Source: Hormiphora californensis (taxonomy: Eukaryota > Animalia > Ctenophora). From it: DNA of 64,000 nucleotides. The notes below the pieces were generated by a model. The model was not told the DNA's origin. It saw only the letters and a list, made by a program, of their open reading frames with translations, and did not search any database. The stretch spans positions 5,022,001 through 5,086,000 of the forward strand of contig CM035351.1 in NCBI GenBank assembly GCA_020137815.1, written 5' to 3'. Position 1 is the first letter of the stretch. The number at the start of each line of letters is the position of its first letter. Positions 1 to 12,050 of this stretch are shown in pieces. Made by a program: the position numbers and the translations under genes.

Positions 1-886
1 TGAAGGGTTTATCATGGAGTTTTACGATCAGAATCCTATATCTCAGATTGGCCTGATTATGGGTCGAAGTGGGAAGGGTTACAAGGTTTCTGAACTGAGC
101 AGTAACATTAACAAACATGCCTCAATAGTCCAACAACAGAGTGGGTGTGAGGGTCAGTTCTCCCTGTTCAATACTCTCCAGTTAGCTCACAAGACCCTCA
201 CGGGCATGCCATCTTATGCCAGCAGGGAGGTGCTCCTAATCGCGGGGAGTCTCACCAGTGTTGATCCCAGACCCATCCAGGAGATTATCACGAGCATGGT
301 CGAGGGTAATATCAGGGTATCAGTGATAGGTCTCAGTGCATCCGTTCAGATATTTAATAGAGTTGCAGCGGCTACCGGCGGATCATATCACGTTATGTTG
401 GACGAACAACACCTCCAGGAACTGCTCCGGTTCCACTGTACACCTCCTACTGCTACCCCCACAATGGAGCCCACCCTCGTCAAGATGGGGTTCCCTCCTC
501 ACACCTCGACAGGAGCCCTGGCTGTCTGCCAATGTCACGTGGACGAGAGGGAGAAATGTGAACTATCCACCACGGGCTTCACGTGCCCCACGTGTAAAAG
601 TAGGTACTGTGAAGTACCGGTGGAGTGTAGGTTGTGCTCCCTAACCTTGGTATGTGCACCTCACCTTGCCCGATCCTACCACCACCTCTTCCCGCTGCAT
701 CTGTTCAAGGAGGTGGAGATGGGGATGGGTGATGGAAGGTGTGCAGGGTGTGAGGGGGAGTTGTCCGCAGGAGATGGAGGTGGTGTTTCCTATCAGTGTG
801 GGGAGTGTTTGAAACTATTTTGTTACACGTGTGACTTGTTTATACATGACATGTTACACCACTGCCCCGGGTGTGAGGGGTCGTGA
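1..886 (+). CDS. GTF2H2: TFIIH subunit p44/Ssl1 (vWA domain plus C-terminal zinc fingers), 5' end outside window
   Basis: EFYDQNPISQIGLI, SREVLLIAGSLTSVDP, CPTCKSRYCEVPVECRLC, LARSYHHLFPL and FCYTCDLFIHDMLHHCPGC are characteristic Ssl1/p44 motifs. The reading frame runs back to the window edge. Confidence 0.96.
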   Translation, partial: EGFIMEFYDQNPISQIGLIMGRSGKGYKVSELSSNINKHASIVQQQSGCEGQFSLFNTLQLAHKTLTGMPSYASREVLLIAGSLTSVDPRPIQEIITSMVEGNIRVSVIGLSASVQIFNRVAAATGGSYHVMLDEQHLQELLRFHCTPPTATPTMEPTLVKMGFPPHTSTGALAVCQCHVDEREKCELSTTGFTCPTCKSRYCEVPVECRLCSLTLVCAPHLARSYHHLFPLHLFKEVEMGMGDGRCAGCEGELSAGDGGGVSYQCGECLKLFCYTCDLFIHDMLHHCPGCEGS

Positions 887-1004
887 GAGGGTGAGTTTTT
901 ATTGTTGAAAATATTATGTTTCTTACAAAATGACAAGTTTTTAATGTAAAGAGTTTTACTTCGAACGTCCCCCAGGCTCACTCACCCCCCCCCCCTCCCC
1001 ACCC

Positions 1005-1150
1005 CAATAACTTTGACCCCCTGTCTCAACTCTCCTAATAACTTTTCCCCCTGTCATCTCCCCAATAATCTTGTCCCCATGTCTCCCCCTATTCCCTAAT
1101 AATCTTGTCCCTATTGCCCCCCCCCTCCCTCAATAACTTTGTCTCCCTAT
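1005..1150 (+). repeat. Degenerate ~32-bp minisatellite (core AATAAYYTTGTCCCC), about 5 copies, in the intergenic region
   Basis: caataactttgacccc / ctaataacttttcccc / caataatcttgtcccc / ctaataatcttgtccc / caataactttgtctcc recur at roughly 32-nt spacing. Confidence 0.7.
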
Positions 1151-1191
1151 CAGCTATCCCGCCTCCTAGTGATGTAACTCCACCAATCACC

Positions 1192-2628
1192 ATGGCGCTC
1201 TCAGTGCAATCTTTACAACTGCAAATCAACAACGATGAAGAAGATGAATTCTTAACTCCGCTATCTAGAACACTCGTAGAAGAAAAAGAACCTCCGACAC
1301 TAAACAGAGATGACGAATTCTCGGTTTACACTAACGAAATCAGTAGCATCGACAGAGTGGGGTGTAACTCCAACAAGATACGACACCTCAAATCCCTGAG
1401 AGAGGTCTCCCTGGCAGTCTTGGCTGTCTGGGATAATATCCTGGGACCTCAGTTGGGGCGATGTTGGGTGAGCCAGGAGGGGGCCAGTAACGAACAGGAA
1501 CTCATCAACTATGTGGTGATGCATGTCCTGAGCTGTGAGATGGAGGATGGGACTGGTAGTAACAGGACAGATGGCCAGAGACGGGAAAAGGAAAAAGAAA
1601 AGAAGTTACTGTTCCTACGCGAGCAACAGCTTGTCTTGTGCTGCATTGAGTTTACCCGGCAGGACGGGAAGAATTGTTGTTTTGCTCTAGTCTTCCCATA
1701 CTCACACACTGCTGACAATTCTTCTTCTTCTGATAATGGCGAGGATCCCTTCCTAATCCGTATCTACCCCTTCCTTTCCTCCTACTGTACCCAAATCATG
1801 ATGGATAGCCTCGTGTACCGGGGTGCATACAGTACAACCACAGACAACCTGATAACCGAGCTAGACCTAACCATCGCTAACCTCCGAAAACACAATGTAA
1901 CACGGTATCCAGTACCAGACATTCACATCTCATATTTGGGTAACGCGGCAGATGTTGATTTCCTCAAAAGGGCATTCCAAGCTACCTTCCAGTGTGAGGG
2001 TCTCTGTACCGTTGTGGGGTTAGAGCGGGAGCAGGCTAAGGTGGAATGTATTGCTAAACTTCTCTCCTTCATCATCCCCGCCAACTACAGGCCAATCAGC
2101 GTGGTGTGCAGCCCGGAACACCGGAGACTCCAACGATTCCTCTACCTCCAGGCCCTCACATACGAGAGCTCCACGGCTGAACTGGAAGAGAAACTACCCT
2201 GGGAGGAGATAGTGGCAAATTGCCGGCCCATGGCCATTGTTGATGTCTCAGAACGGACCGTGAGGTGTTCCAATCGGGAGGAATCAGGAGTTGATAATGG
2301 GGTTCGTGTGACCAAGGATAAGGTGGGTCCTCTGGTGAATCTCCTGGTGGATAGAATAGTCCAATTTAGGAGAACCCCCGGTATGCTGACCAGACTGTGC
2401 TCTTTTTCCATCCGGGATATAGAGGGTAGAGCGGACCTTTTTGTTAGTGTCTTCAATAATTATAAGAAGCAGGTCAGGGCATTTGATTGGGATGACAGGG
2501 ACATAGAGATTGTGAAAGCTTGGGCGTGTAAGGTCAGCCCGAAGGTGAAGAGGGGGCTTAGTCGCTCTACACCGAGCACTCCAGTGAACCCCAAAGCATT
2601 TACAGAACTGCAAACTATCCTGAGATGA
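1192..2628 (+). CDS. C9orf72: C9orf72-like DENN-family protein, intronless
   Basis: LAVWDNILGPQLGRCW matches the C9orf72 N-terminal signature (FAYWDNILGPRVRHIW). The later DFLKRAFQATFQCEGLCTVVG and FLYLQAL segments resemble the C9orf72 DENN region. First ATG at 1192. Confidence 0.8.
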   Translation: MALSVQSLQLQINNDEEDEFLTPLSRTLVEEKEPPTLNRDDEFSVYTNEISSIDRVGCNSNKIRHLKSLREVSLAVLAVWDNILGPQLGRCWVSQEGASNEQELINYVVMHVLSCEMEDGTGSNRTDGQRREKEKEKKLLFLREQQLVLCCIEFTRQDGKNCCFALVFPYSHTADNSSSSDNGEDPFLIRIYPFLSSYCTQIMMDSLVYRGAYSTTTDNLITELDLTIANLRKHNVTRYPVPDIHISYLGNAADVDFLKRAFQATFQCEGLCTVVGLEREQAKVECIAKLLSFIIPANYRPISVVCSPEHRRLQRFLYLQALTYESSTAELEEKLPWEEIVANCRPMAIVDVSERTVRCSNREESGVDNGVRVTKDKVGPLVNLLVDRIVQFRRTPGMLTRLCSFSIRDIEGRADLFVSVFNNYKKQVRAFDWDDRDIEIVKAWACKVSPKVKRGLSRSTPSTPVNPKAFTELQTILR

Positions 2629-2890
2629 ATGGGCGAATATCATTATGTGCTGGTTACCTGCTAAGGCTATTATATGTAGTCTAAAAGTGTTTGTTTTTAT
2701 GTTTTTTAATTTTTTGGAGCTCTTTTATATCAGTGTGAAATTAAATTATATGGTTTGTTTTGAACGGATCTATATTGACATTTTGTGTATTCCCAGACGT
2801 TGTTTTTCCTCATGATAGTTGATACCAAATACTCAATCCCCGTTTTCCTCCAATCTCCAATCAAATAAAATCGCCTATTTTTCAGTCACA

Positions 2891-3698
2891 ATGCCTCAAG
2901 TCGATCCAAAACGAAATTGCGGCCCAGAAGACGCTTACGAGCCACCTATTTTACGTCCCACCAAAACCAAAGATCAGCTCCCAGAGGTTGAGGAGAAACC
3001 TCGGCCTGATGGCCGGCGGAACGACCAACTCCGTCCATTTTACATGAAGACAGGTATCATCACCAAGGCCCAGGGGTCAGTATACATTGAACAGGGACAG
3101 ACGAAGGTAGTAGCTGCTGTTTATGGGCCTAAAGAGGTTCTGAAGAGAGAGGACTTTTCTCTGAAGGGTAAAGTTATGTGCGAGTTCAAATACATGCCCT
3201 TCTCCCGTGCCGCAACCTACTCAGAACCACGGCAGACTTTCGAAGAAAAGGTCATTTCCAAGACAATTAGCAGAAGCTATGGAGGGAGTTATTATACTGT
3301 CCAAGTTTCCTAAAAGTGAAGTTTTGATATCAATACAGATGATCGAGGATGATGGGGGTACCCTATCCTTAGCCATGACGGCTGCATCAGTAGCGCTCAT
3401 CGATGCTAAAATAGAGGTCCGGGACCTGGTTATTGGCTGTACTATCAGGTTTTATAACGGTGGAAGAATCCTGGTGGATCCCACGGCTGAAGAGGAACAC
3501 ACTAAGACGAGTGAGGGGGCAGGGTTCCACTTGGCCGTCATGCCATCACTATCCCAGGTGACGGCCCTAAAACAGGCTGGGAAGATTGAACAGGGCCAGG
3601 CAAGGGAGTGTATTGAGGCGTGCTGGGAAGGGTGTCTCAGGATAGCAACAGCGGTTAAGAAACTCCTTGAGGAGACTTTGGGAGAGCAACCGGGATAA
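2891..3698 (+). CDS. EXOSC6: Exosome core component MTR3 (RNase PH fold), with one extra base near 3260
   Basis: DPKRNCGPE...LRPFYMKTGIITKAQGSVYIEQGQTKVVAAVYGP, then in the +1 frame LAEAMEGVIILSKFPKS...EDDGGTLSLAMTAASVALIDAKIEVRDLV...DPTAEEE. The two ORF halves join if one A at 3260/3261 is removed. Confidence 0.88.
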
Positions 3699-3897
3699 TT
3701 ATATGGTGATCTAGTGTGTTTTATGTTAAATTATTATTCAGTTTTTATCAAGTTTTACCACACAACGGAATGAGATACAGTGTTTTTGATTGGACCGAAA
3801 CAGTTCACTACCATTTTCCCAAATTGCGTCCAAATTTCCTAGCAGCACCCTACAAATATCCGACTAACATGGTTGAAAGATGATCTGATGGTTGCTA

Positions 3898-6098
3898 ATG
3901 GGTGATGCCCGCAAGGTATGCTTTCTCCTAAACGTTCCTCCCGCCGGTTCCAGCACTGTTCCTCACACCGGTTCCAGTACCTCCCAGCTTCATCTCTTGG
4001 TTACCCGGCTACTGCTCTGCTACTGCTACAAACATGAACAGGTGAGATTTCCACTCAAATCTCCTTTTTTTATCCCCCTTTCAACAAAATCTCCAAATGC
4101 TATTTGCATACAAATTGTTTCTGACAACTGTCCCTTCAACTCATTCTGATACATCTTCTCCCCTCAGATTGGGTACTAAATTAAAATTCCACTAAATCTA
4201 ACTCCCCCTTGCCTTGTTCAACCCTCTCTTTCCACGCATTATAACAAACTCCATCCATCCAGGTTGAGTGGGCGTACCACTTATTCAGATCGTCTGTCCT
4301 GGACATATCCTATCGAAAGATCACATCTAACCCCATATCTGTCAAGTCTACTGACAAGCTCCTAACCGACATGCAGCAGTTTAACCCACCAGGGGCTGGG
4401 AGTGGGGCTGCTAGGGGCTGGGAGGAGGCACTGTCTCTCCTGATCTCTGGGCTACCTTGGGATAAGGATGAGGATCATGTGACCATGATACTAGTCACAT
4501 CTTCACTCCCACCTTTCAGGTAACACAAATAGTCACACCCCTTCACTCCCACCTTTCAGGTAACACAAATAGTCACACCCCTTTACTCCCAGCTTTCAGG
4601 TTTATTACAAATACATTAATTTGGGAAGAGGGGGCTGTTCCCAAAGGCCCCGAGTTATTGAATAGTTGTAGGACCTGAGTAAAGTAGTTGAGACGGAGGA
4701 ATTATATTTCCATAAATGGCAAAATCATGTCCCTTCTCTTGATTGGTGAATGGTGTTTCTAACAAATAAAATTGAAAGCTCTTTCTTCCTCTCTCACCCC
4801 TAGCCTGGTTTCTTCATCTCTCTCCTCCCTAGCCTGGTTTCTTTATCTCTCTCACTCCCCCTAGCCTGGCTTCTTCCTCTCTCACTCCCCCTAGCTAAGT
4901 TTGTTCCTCTCACGGCTCACCCCCTCCATAGCCTGGATTTTTACCCCTTGCTCTTGTTTCAGTGAGCGAATAAAAAGTATTCTGTCGGGGGTGGGCAAGA
5001 ATCTAAACCTTATTGTGGTGGATACCTCTCCCCTCGTCCCCGATACCTCGCCCATTACACGTGATCAGTGTAGAAAGGTATTACACAGGAAGACCTCGCT
5101 TGTACCCACTGAGTACCTTCTCTCTGATGTATCACACCTTATCTTCAGACAAGCATTCCAGTAAGTACTGTCCTAGATTAATTAACCGATTTATTGATTA
5201 CTTGATTAAGTTATTGATCAATTAATTACTTCATTAATTAATCAATTAATCAAGATCAAAAAGCGCGAGTGACACCCCGCCAGCGAGTGGAGTTTTGATT
5301 GATTGATTGAAATCTAAGTGTTGTTCCTTTTTGATTAAATTAGGATCCTAACGGATCTTATCAAGTTATCTATTCACCTTCCAGGTGGTACCTAACAGGA
5401 GATACAGTAGGCAGTTTCCAGATACCACCCGTAACAGATGGTGACCTGAGTACCTTTGACCTCCTCCTTACACCCATGACATCGGACAGCCGTCCTCCCT
5501 TCCTATCCCTCACCCAAATCTCACCCCCATCACCATCTCCCTTCCTCACCCACAAGGGCTGCTACTGGGTGTCTCTGCAGCCCAGAGACGGGTTCAATCA
5601 AGAATTTACCGGGCTACCAGAAATGAAGATATGGTTGCAGACTGATACCGGTGTGGTGTATCAACTAGAGATGGTTTCTGGTAGTTTAGGGGTGTTACAA
5701 CAAGCAGATAATGAGGCCCCGGAACATGCCCCGGAACATGGGACTCTGGATCAGCCTAGTATCGAGGGAGATGGTGGTATGATTCTATTGGAGGAAGGTA
5801 CTGGTGAGGTAATGACGTCCTTCCACCCGGTTGAGCCATCTTCAGACTCGGAGCTGTACCAACAACTCATCACCTCCCTACGGTTAGTTGGGGCAAATGG
5901 AAACAAGTGATATTAATCACTACAAATAATAGTGGCAAGATGATCAAAAGGAGACAGAAACAAAAAATAATATATTCCCTCTTCTTCAGAGATGATCTGA
6001 TAATATCGGTTGGAATTGAGGAGCAGCAAATGCTTTCTAGTATTGTAGAGTTCCATAAAACGAAAACTGAACAACCTCCTGTTACAACAAAGGTAGTG

Positions 6099-6194
<96 letters not shown>

Positions 6195-9100
6195 ACTCTC
6201 TCTCTCTCCTCTCTCTCTCTCTATATATCTCTCTCTCTCTCTCTATATCTCTCTCTCTCTCTCTCCACATCAGGTGACACCTGTAAAGCTCGATTGCATC
6301 TCTGAGGAGATAGAAGACGCACTACCCGAGTTACCCCCTCCTACCTGTACCACAGAAGAAGCAATGCGGGAAAGTGAGGAGAGATCTGTATCACGTTCTT
6401 ACCTCGTTTCCCTTGTCCGAAAGTACCAGAAAGACCTCCGGGAGGAGTTGAGCTGTCCGGGAGAGCTAAAGAAACAGTGGTCGGGAGAGCAGCTTGTAAA
6501 AGTTCACCGAATCCAAGTGGTCCTCCATGTTGTCTGGTTTTGTGACTTTACTGATAAAGAGGAGGGTAGGGAGAAGACTCAGGATGGAATGTTGGCACTG
6601 TTGAGATCACTCTCTTTCCTGACTTCGCCCAAGGAGATGTTTCTGTTTTTGAATGATCAGGTAATCGATAGTTCAGATTGAGAAAGAGGGGAGAGAGACT
6701 GAGAGAGAGGGTCGGAAAACAGCTACCGGTGCGGTGAACAAATGATAAATTATAGTTAAAGATCCTTTCCCTCACCTAGGTAGTTGAGGAATTTCACGAA
6801 GACTGTCCCAACTTGTTGAAAGAGATCTACGAAGAGGGATTTTTAACCGATGCACCCGATATTCTCAATAAATCCTACATTGATTGTCTCTCTGTCAGTA
6901 GCTCTGTTCTCTCTGTGAAGGTGAGAGCTCGATATTATCGATAAAATATTTAATATCACCGCTGATATATATATCAGTGGTGATATTAAATATTTTATCG
7001 ATCATATATATATAATATGCTAAATAGCTCCCTTAGATATCTCGAAATATTTCCCTTTTTGTTCTCTCATCCTTCTAGAACATTGTAATTGCTCTACATT
7101 TCTTATATTCTAGAATCTAACTTTGATGGTATCCCTTCGGCCTTCTCCTAAATTCAACCCGCCGCCCTTTATATGAGAAGTGATGGAACAATAATAATAA
7201 GAAGATCTCTGTACAGAACTCTCTAGTTTGAATTCCTTGTTTCACTTAGATAAGTTCGAACAAGTTAAACAGCAAGGAGATTCACCAAACCAGGTTAACC
7301 GTCACCCCTTAATCGTCCCAGGTTGATGCAGCACCCTCTATTCTGCGAGGACACAACCTCCTCCCAATCTTCCTCCGTGGCGGGCATGCCCTCAGTCCCA
7401 GGGCCAGGGTCGGAGGTGGATGGATCAGACATCTACCCAGAAGGGATCTTTCTCAATTTCTGTACCATCGGAAGGGGAAGAAGAAGAAGAGACGAAGGTT
7501 GCTTTCAATAACACCTGACAGGATTGCCGCTAAAGTGTGTAGTGAGAAACAGGTATGTATGAGAGGGGCAAGAGTTATTTACAGCTTAACTCACAAAAGT
7601 TGGCTCTTCAGATGTGTCTTAAGGGTACACCTCGGCAAAATTTTTGTCGAGTGCCCGCTTAGCTCTTCATATGGGGTTGTAGGGCATACCAAGCCGACCT
7701 CAAATATGCAATTTTAGCCCTTAACTCGAATTCATATTTTTGCTGCAGCCCCTCAAAGTTTGACCCTAAAAACCGGTTTTTAAGGTCCCTAAATTTTATT
7801 TTTAGGGCTAGAAAGTTGAAAATTTAGGGATTCATAGAGGATACCAAGGTGTATAGCTCAAACAGAAATTTTTTGAAATGGAGCTCAATTTTTTGTCTGA
7901 GACTATTTTACTTTTTTTGACTTTGAGGCCATATTTGGACATGTTACTATGGACCGTTAAGGCTAAAAATTGGATATTTGGTGCTCCTAACAATTGTCAA
8001 AGTAGCCACAAATTTCAAAAAATTTCTGTTTGAGCTATACACCTTGGTATCCTCTATGAATCCCTAAATTTTCAGCTTTCTAGCCCTAAAAATAAAATTT
8101 AGGGACCTTAAAAACCGGTTTTTAGGGTCAAACTTTGAGGGGCTGCAGCAAAAATATGAATTCGAGTTAAGGGCTAAAATTGCATATTTGAGGTCGGCTT
8201 GGTATGCCCTACAACCCCATATGAAGAGCTAAGCGGGCACTCGACAAAAATTTTGCCGAGGTGTACCCTTAATAAGGGACAGAACTTTGTTTTTAACTCA
8301 TTAATCAATCGCAGGGCATTCGACATCTCTCGAGGGAGACCCCTCCCACAGATGAGAGACACAACTCGAAGCGGCGGAAACTAACCCGGAAAAACTCTGT
8401 CATGGACACTCCTCTTAAGAAACAGGTGCGTACGTATGCTATGCGTGTCTGTGTTAATGCCTGTGTGACGTCATCTATCATCTCTCATGATAATGATATT
8501 TGGTCAATGTGCAATGATCTAGTCGCGTTCTTTAAACCCCCCTCCCCCATTATTTCCACCAGGGAAAGCACTTTGGAGGAGAGACAGTACCCCCACCCGC
8601 TGTGATTGCAGTTACACCCCAGAAGAACAGCCACAACATCATCCACGAATCACCACTCCGAGGCAACGCATCTTCCTTCTTCGGGAGCCAGACCCAACCA
8701 TCATCCCTACAATCATTTGTCGTTAAAGATGGCTTCAAAACTCCCACTCGGCCCTCTCCCAGAATGCTCAGAAGGACACCCTCAACAGATGATGTCAGGG
8801 CAGGCAACTCATCCCCCGGCACTCCCTCTAGACGACACCACACCTCTCTATTCCAGAACAACAAGAGCAGCAAGAACAATTACAACTCCCCGGTTAGGTT
8901 GTTGTTTGCTAGTCCCAGTAAGGGTGATTATATTGCCAAGATATCGCCTGGTGGTGGATCACCAAGGTGTGACAAAGAGAACCTCCATAAACAGAACCTC
9001 TTCCCCAGTGGGGATAGGGCTGGTGGGACATTGTTGGAGCGGAGGACCTAGTTTTGCAGAGAGGATATCGCATGCCATTGAGCTGACCCGATCCTCTCCC

Positions 9101-10438
9101 CCGCACGAAGGGGAGGATGGTGGGGGGACGTTTAATATCCAGTCAGCGGGTGGGTTCATGAGACTCCTAGAGGATTCCAGTTCATATGGTTTTGATACCG
9201 CTGTGCCAGCTGCTAAACTAAAACGTGATTCAGATTCCGGATCGGATGTCAGTAGTGTGTCATCATGTTACAAGGGTATCCTAAAATCTCCCTTCCTAAA
9301 ACGTCGGCGGAACAGCGAGAGGAGGGTTAGTTTCTCTCTGGACACAACTGCTGCACTAGATCTGAATACCTCTGATATAGATGAGTTCCATGGTGGGGGC
9401 AGTAATATTACAACCCTGCTGGACCTGGTGGATGGGTCCATTAAACAAGATGAGGAGAGAGAGGCCAGGTTTAGTGGTGAGGATATTACAGAGAATATGA
9501 TAGCGGGGATAGGAGCCAGTGGAGAGGGTGTAACAGAACCCGCAATCAGTGGTGGTGAGGACAAAACAATGACAGCTAGTAGTTCAGCAGATAAGATAGT
9601 TCCAGAGATAGGGTCCAGTGGTATAGTTCCAGAGATATCGGCCACTGTCCGAGAGGGCACAGCAGATCCAACTGGAGAGGACACAGTAGACCCGACTGTA
9701 GCTGACACAGCAGACCCCACTGGAGAGGCTATGATAACAGAGACAGAGGTTAGGAACTGTAGCATTGAAGATATGGAGGTGACCGAGGAAGGTCCGGAGA
9801 TAACAGCTAGTGATGCAGAGATGGCAACTAGTGGTGCAGAGATACCAGTTGGTGCTCCAGATATAGCAGCTAGTGCTCCAGAGATGGCAACTAGTGGTCC
9901 AGAACTAGTAGTTAGTGAGGACAGAATGGAAATATCAAAACTAGATACACCAGCAGGTTCTCCTACCACTGTCGCATGTAAAGAGGTTGAGGAGCCCTCG
10001 GTAACTCCTGAAACAAGTACGGTTACTAGTTCCACTGAACCTAAAACACTACTTGATCTAGTGGAAGATCCACCAACTCAGAGAAGAGAAGAGAGGACTG
10101 GTGAGATTAATGAAGATCTAAGACAGCGTGAGGAAATTAGCAGGGTAGATCAGGGTACTGACAACAATCAGGGCAACAATCGTCCTGAGATTAAAAGAGA
10201 CGATCAGGCTTCTCTCCAGGATCTCGTAGCGGCTATTGATCAGATCGAGGACACTGGGATTCAGGCAGGAGACCAAACTGGGCCAATAATTTCAGCAAAT
10301 CTCCAGACAGAGGGCAGTTCCCGGGATAGTACCGGGATGGAGGTGGACAGGAGTGTTCAGGATGGGGTTACCATTGTTCATAGCAGGATCAGGGGCAGGG
10401 ATATCCTGACTTTTAGGACGGTTTTCAAGAGAGAATAG
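3898..10438 (+). CDS. TICRR: Treslin/TICRR-like replication initiation factor, multi-exon, with an apparent +1 frameshift near 9046
   Basis: N-terminus KVCFLLN..LVTRLLLCY..|VEWAYHLF (exons 3898-4041 and 4263 onward) resembles the Treslin CIT/vWA start. IQVVLH..LALLRSLSFLTSPKEMFLFLNDQ|VVEEFHEDCPNLLKEIY (6274-6920) resembles the Sld3-Treslin domain. CDK-type sites DTPLKKQ, VTPQK and IHESPLR follow, then a long S/TP-rich disordered tail. Internal exon borders are approximate. Confidence 0.7.
4492..4602 (+). repeat. 40-bp tandem triplication of a TICRR exon end plus its 5' splice site
   Basis: agtcacac/t..cttcactcccacctttcag|GT occurs three times, with GT at 4520, 4560 and 4600. Confidence 0.8.
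7623..8268. mobile_element. Non-autonomous foldback DNA transposon, Kolobok-like, in a TICRR intron
   Basis: TTAA at 7619-7622 and 8269-8272 flanks GGGTACACCTCGGC...GCCGAGGTGTACCC. Inverted arms are about 255 bp. A TTAA TSD with purine-purine termini is the Kolobok pattern. Confidence 0.8.
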
Positions 10439-10888
10439 GGACAGGGATATCCTGACTTTTAGGACGGTTTTCAAGAGAGAGTAGTGTGGAAATGACACAG
10501 TTGGTTAGACAGGTTCGGCCTTTGATAGGAATTTCAATTTTAACCTTATTACTTATTATTGCGTTATTTTTATTACTCTAAGTTACTAAAAGTGCTGCGT
10601 ATTATTGTGAAACTAACCCCCCCCCCTTCCCTACTACCCTGCATACCCTAAACCACAATTTGTCCTCAGATGAAAAGTAATAAACCTGTTAAATCGTGTG
10701 AACATTCCGTCAAACCTAGAACTCACTAATTCCGCGGTCAGTCTCCTTCAACCTATGGCCCGTTTCTGTCCAATGATATCCCAACCACCTACTTATTACT
10801 CTCTAAAATCTCTAAACTTCCTAAAAGTTTTAAACTTCCTAAACTCTTTCTGCTTCACTCATTCACGCTCCCTTTAGGACGTCAATTC

Positions 10889-11733
10889 ATGACTGAGCCT
10901 CCAGCCAAGCGCCAAGCTCGATGCATCGACGACTATTGTGAGGATCTACGTGCTCTGCTTGTGAAGAGTCCAGACTTCTGGGATTACAAAGCTATAGAGA
11001 AAGTTCTCAATGAAATTTCTCGATTTTACTGCAGAGCTTGGAAAAAGGTTGAGGAGCTAAAAAATTCCACCTTTAAATACTCGATTCCCATCCTGATTTC
11101 TCGGTGAAAATCCTCGGGGAGGAAGGGGCACCAGGGGTGGAGGTTAGCGAACAAGATCTGTCATCTCTCATTCTGAAAAGCATGCTTGCTTCAAGTTTTG
11201 AGGAAGGTCGAACCCGAACCATGACCGTTCCCTCAGCCCCTCAGCGTATCTTGGAGGCCCTCAAGCTGATTCTGGGTGAGGATGGAAAGGGTGTTGAAGA
11301 ACATGCAACTCTGAAGGAGGTCTGGGAGTGGATGTTGCCATGGGCAACCATGTACCAGGTTGACGGAGTGTTCAAATACCTTGTAGCAGCGATGAGCGAG
11401 AAGAAAGATGCTACGATGTCCGATGAGTGGACGGTTGAGTTTGCGATTAGGAGCAAACATCTAATGTTGACATCTGACAGATTTCTTCTTATTGAAACCC
11501 TAAACCTACCACCTCAGAAACTCATCTTTGGAATAAATGAACTTTGCAACGCAATAAAGTTTAAGAAGGACTATCTCGTTAACATTATCCGTTATTTCTG
11601 CGACCAACAGTGTTCTGATTTGGATGGACGTGAGCTAGTTCCTAATATTCGTCTACCTGACAGGAGCAGCGATACTTATTTTAATCAGCCTAATTGCTAT
11701 TTTGGGGAAAGTGAAGATAATGACTCTGAATAG
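10889..11733 (+). CDS. BTB/POZ-like domain protein, two ORF halves joined by an apparent 1-nt deletion near 11078
   Basis: Extending the second frame upstream gives LDSHPDFSVKI...SSLILKSMLASSFEEGRTRTMTV...LPWATMYQVDGVFKYL, typical BTB motifs. The upstream half starts MTEPPAKRQ (NLS-like) just after an AG acceptor. Confidence 0.55.
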
Positions 11734-12050
11734 GAGGGGGGACACTGGTATTATCATTGATAACAGAATGTTGGACAATTTTGTTTTTAAAACCAATTTT
11801 ATTCACAGAATGGTTAGCTATCTTTTTTAATCTATTTTCTATTTTTTTAGCCTTTATTGTCGTGTATTGACGTTTTATCAATTTATCAATTTATCTATCA
11901 ATTATTTTTACAGCCTTAAACTGTATTTTTAATCGACTAATTTCTTAGAAGCGGTAGCAATCCCCCTCGCCTACAAAACCCAAAACTCAGCCTCCATAAC
12001 TGTGAAACTAAATTAATTAACGATTATAATCCCTTCCCTGTTGTAGGATA

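Noticed and set aside
9040-9052. Euplotes-style programmed +1 frameshifting at stop codons
   Set aside because: It could fit TICRR (ACC TAG), but in EXOSC6 the homology switches frame about 50 nt before the stop, and -1 cases also occur.
9268-10035. 255-aa minus-strand ORF (likewise 41813-42358, 26990-27367, 13432-14001)
   Set aside because: These are antisense shadows of real + strand coding sequence.
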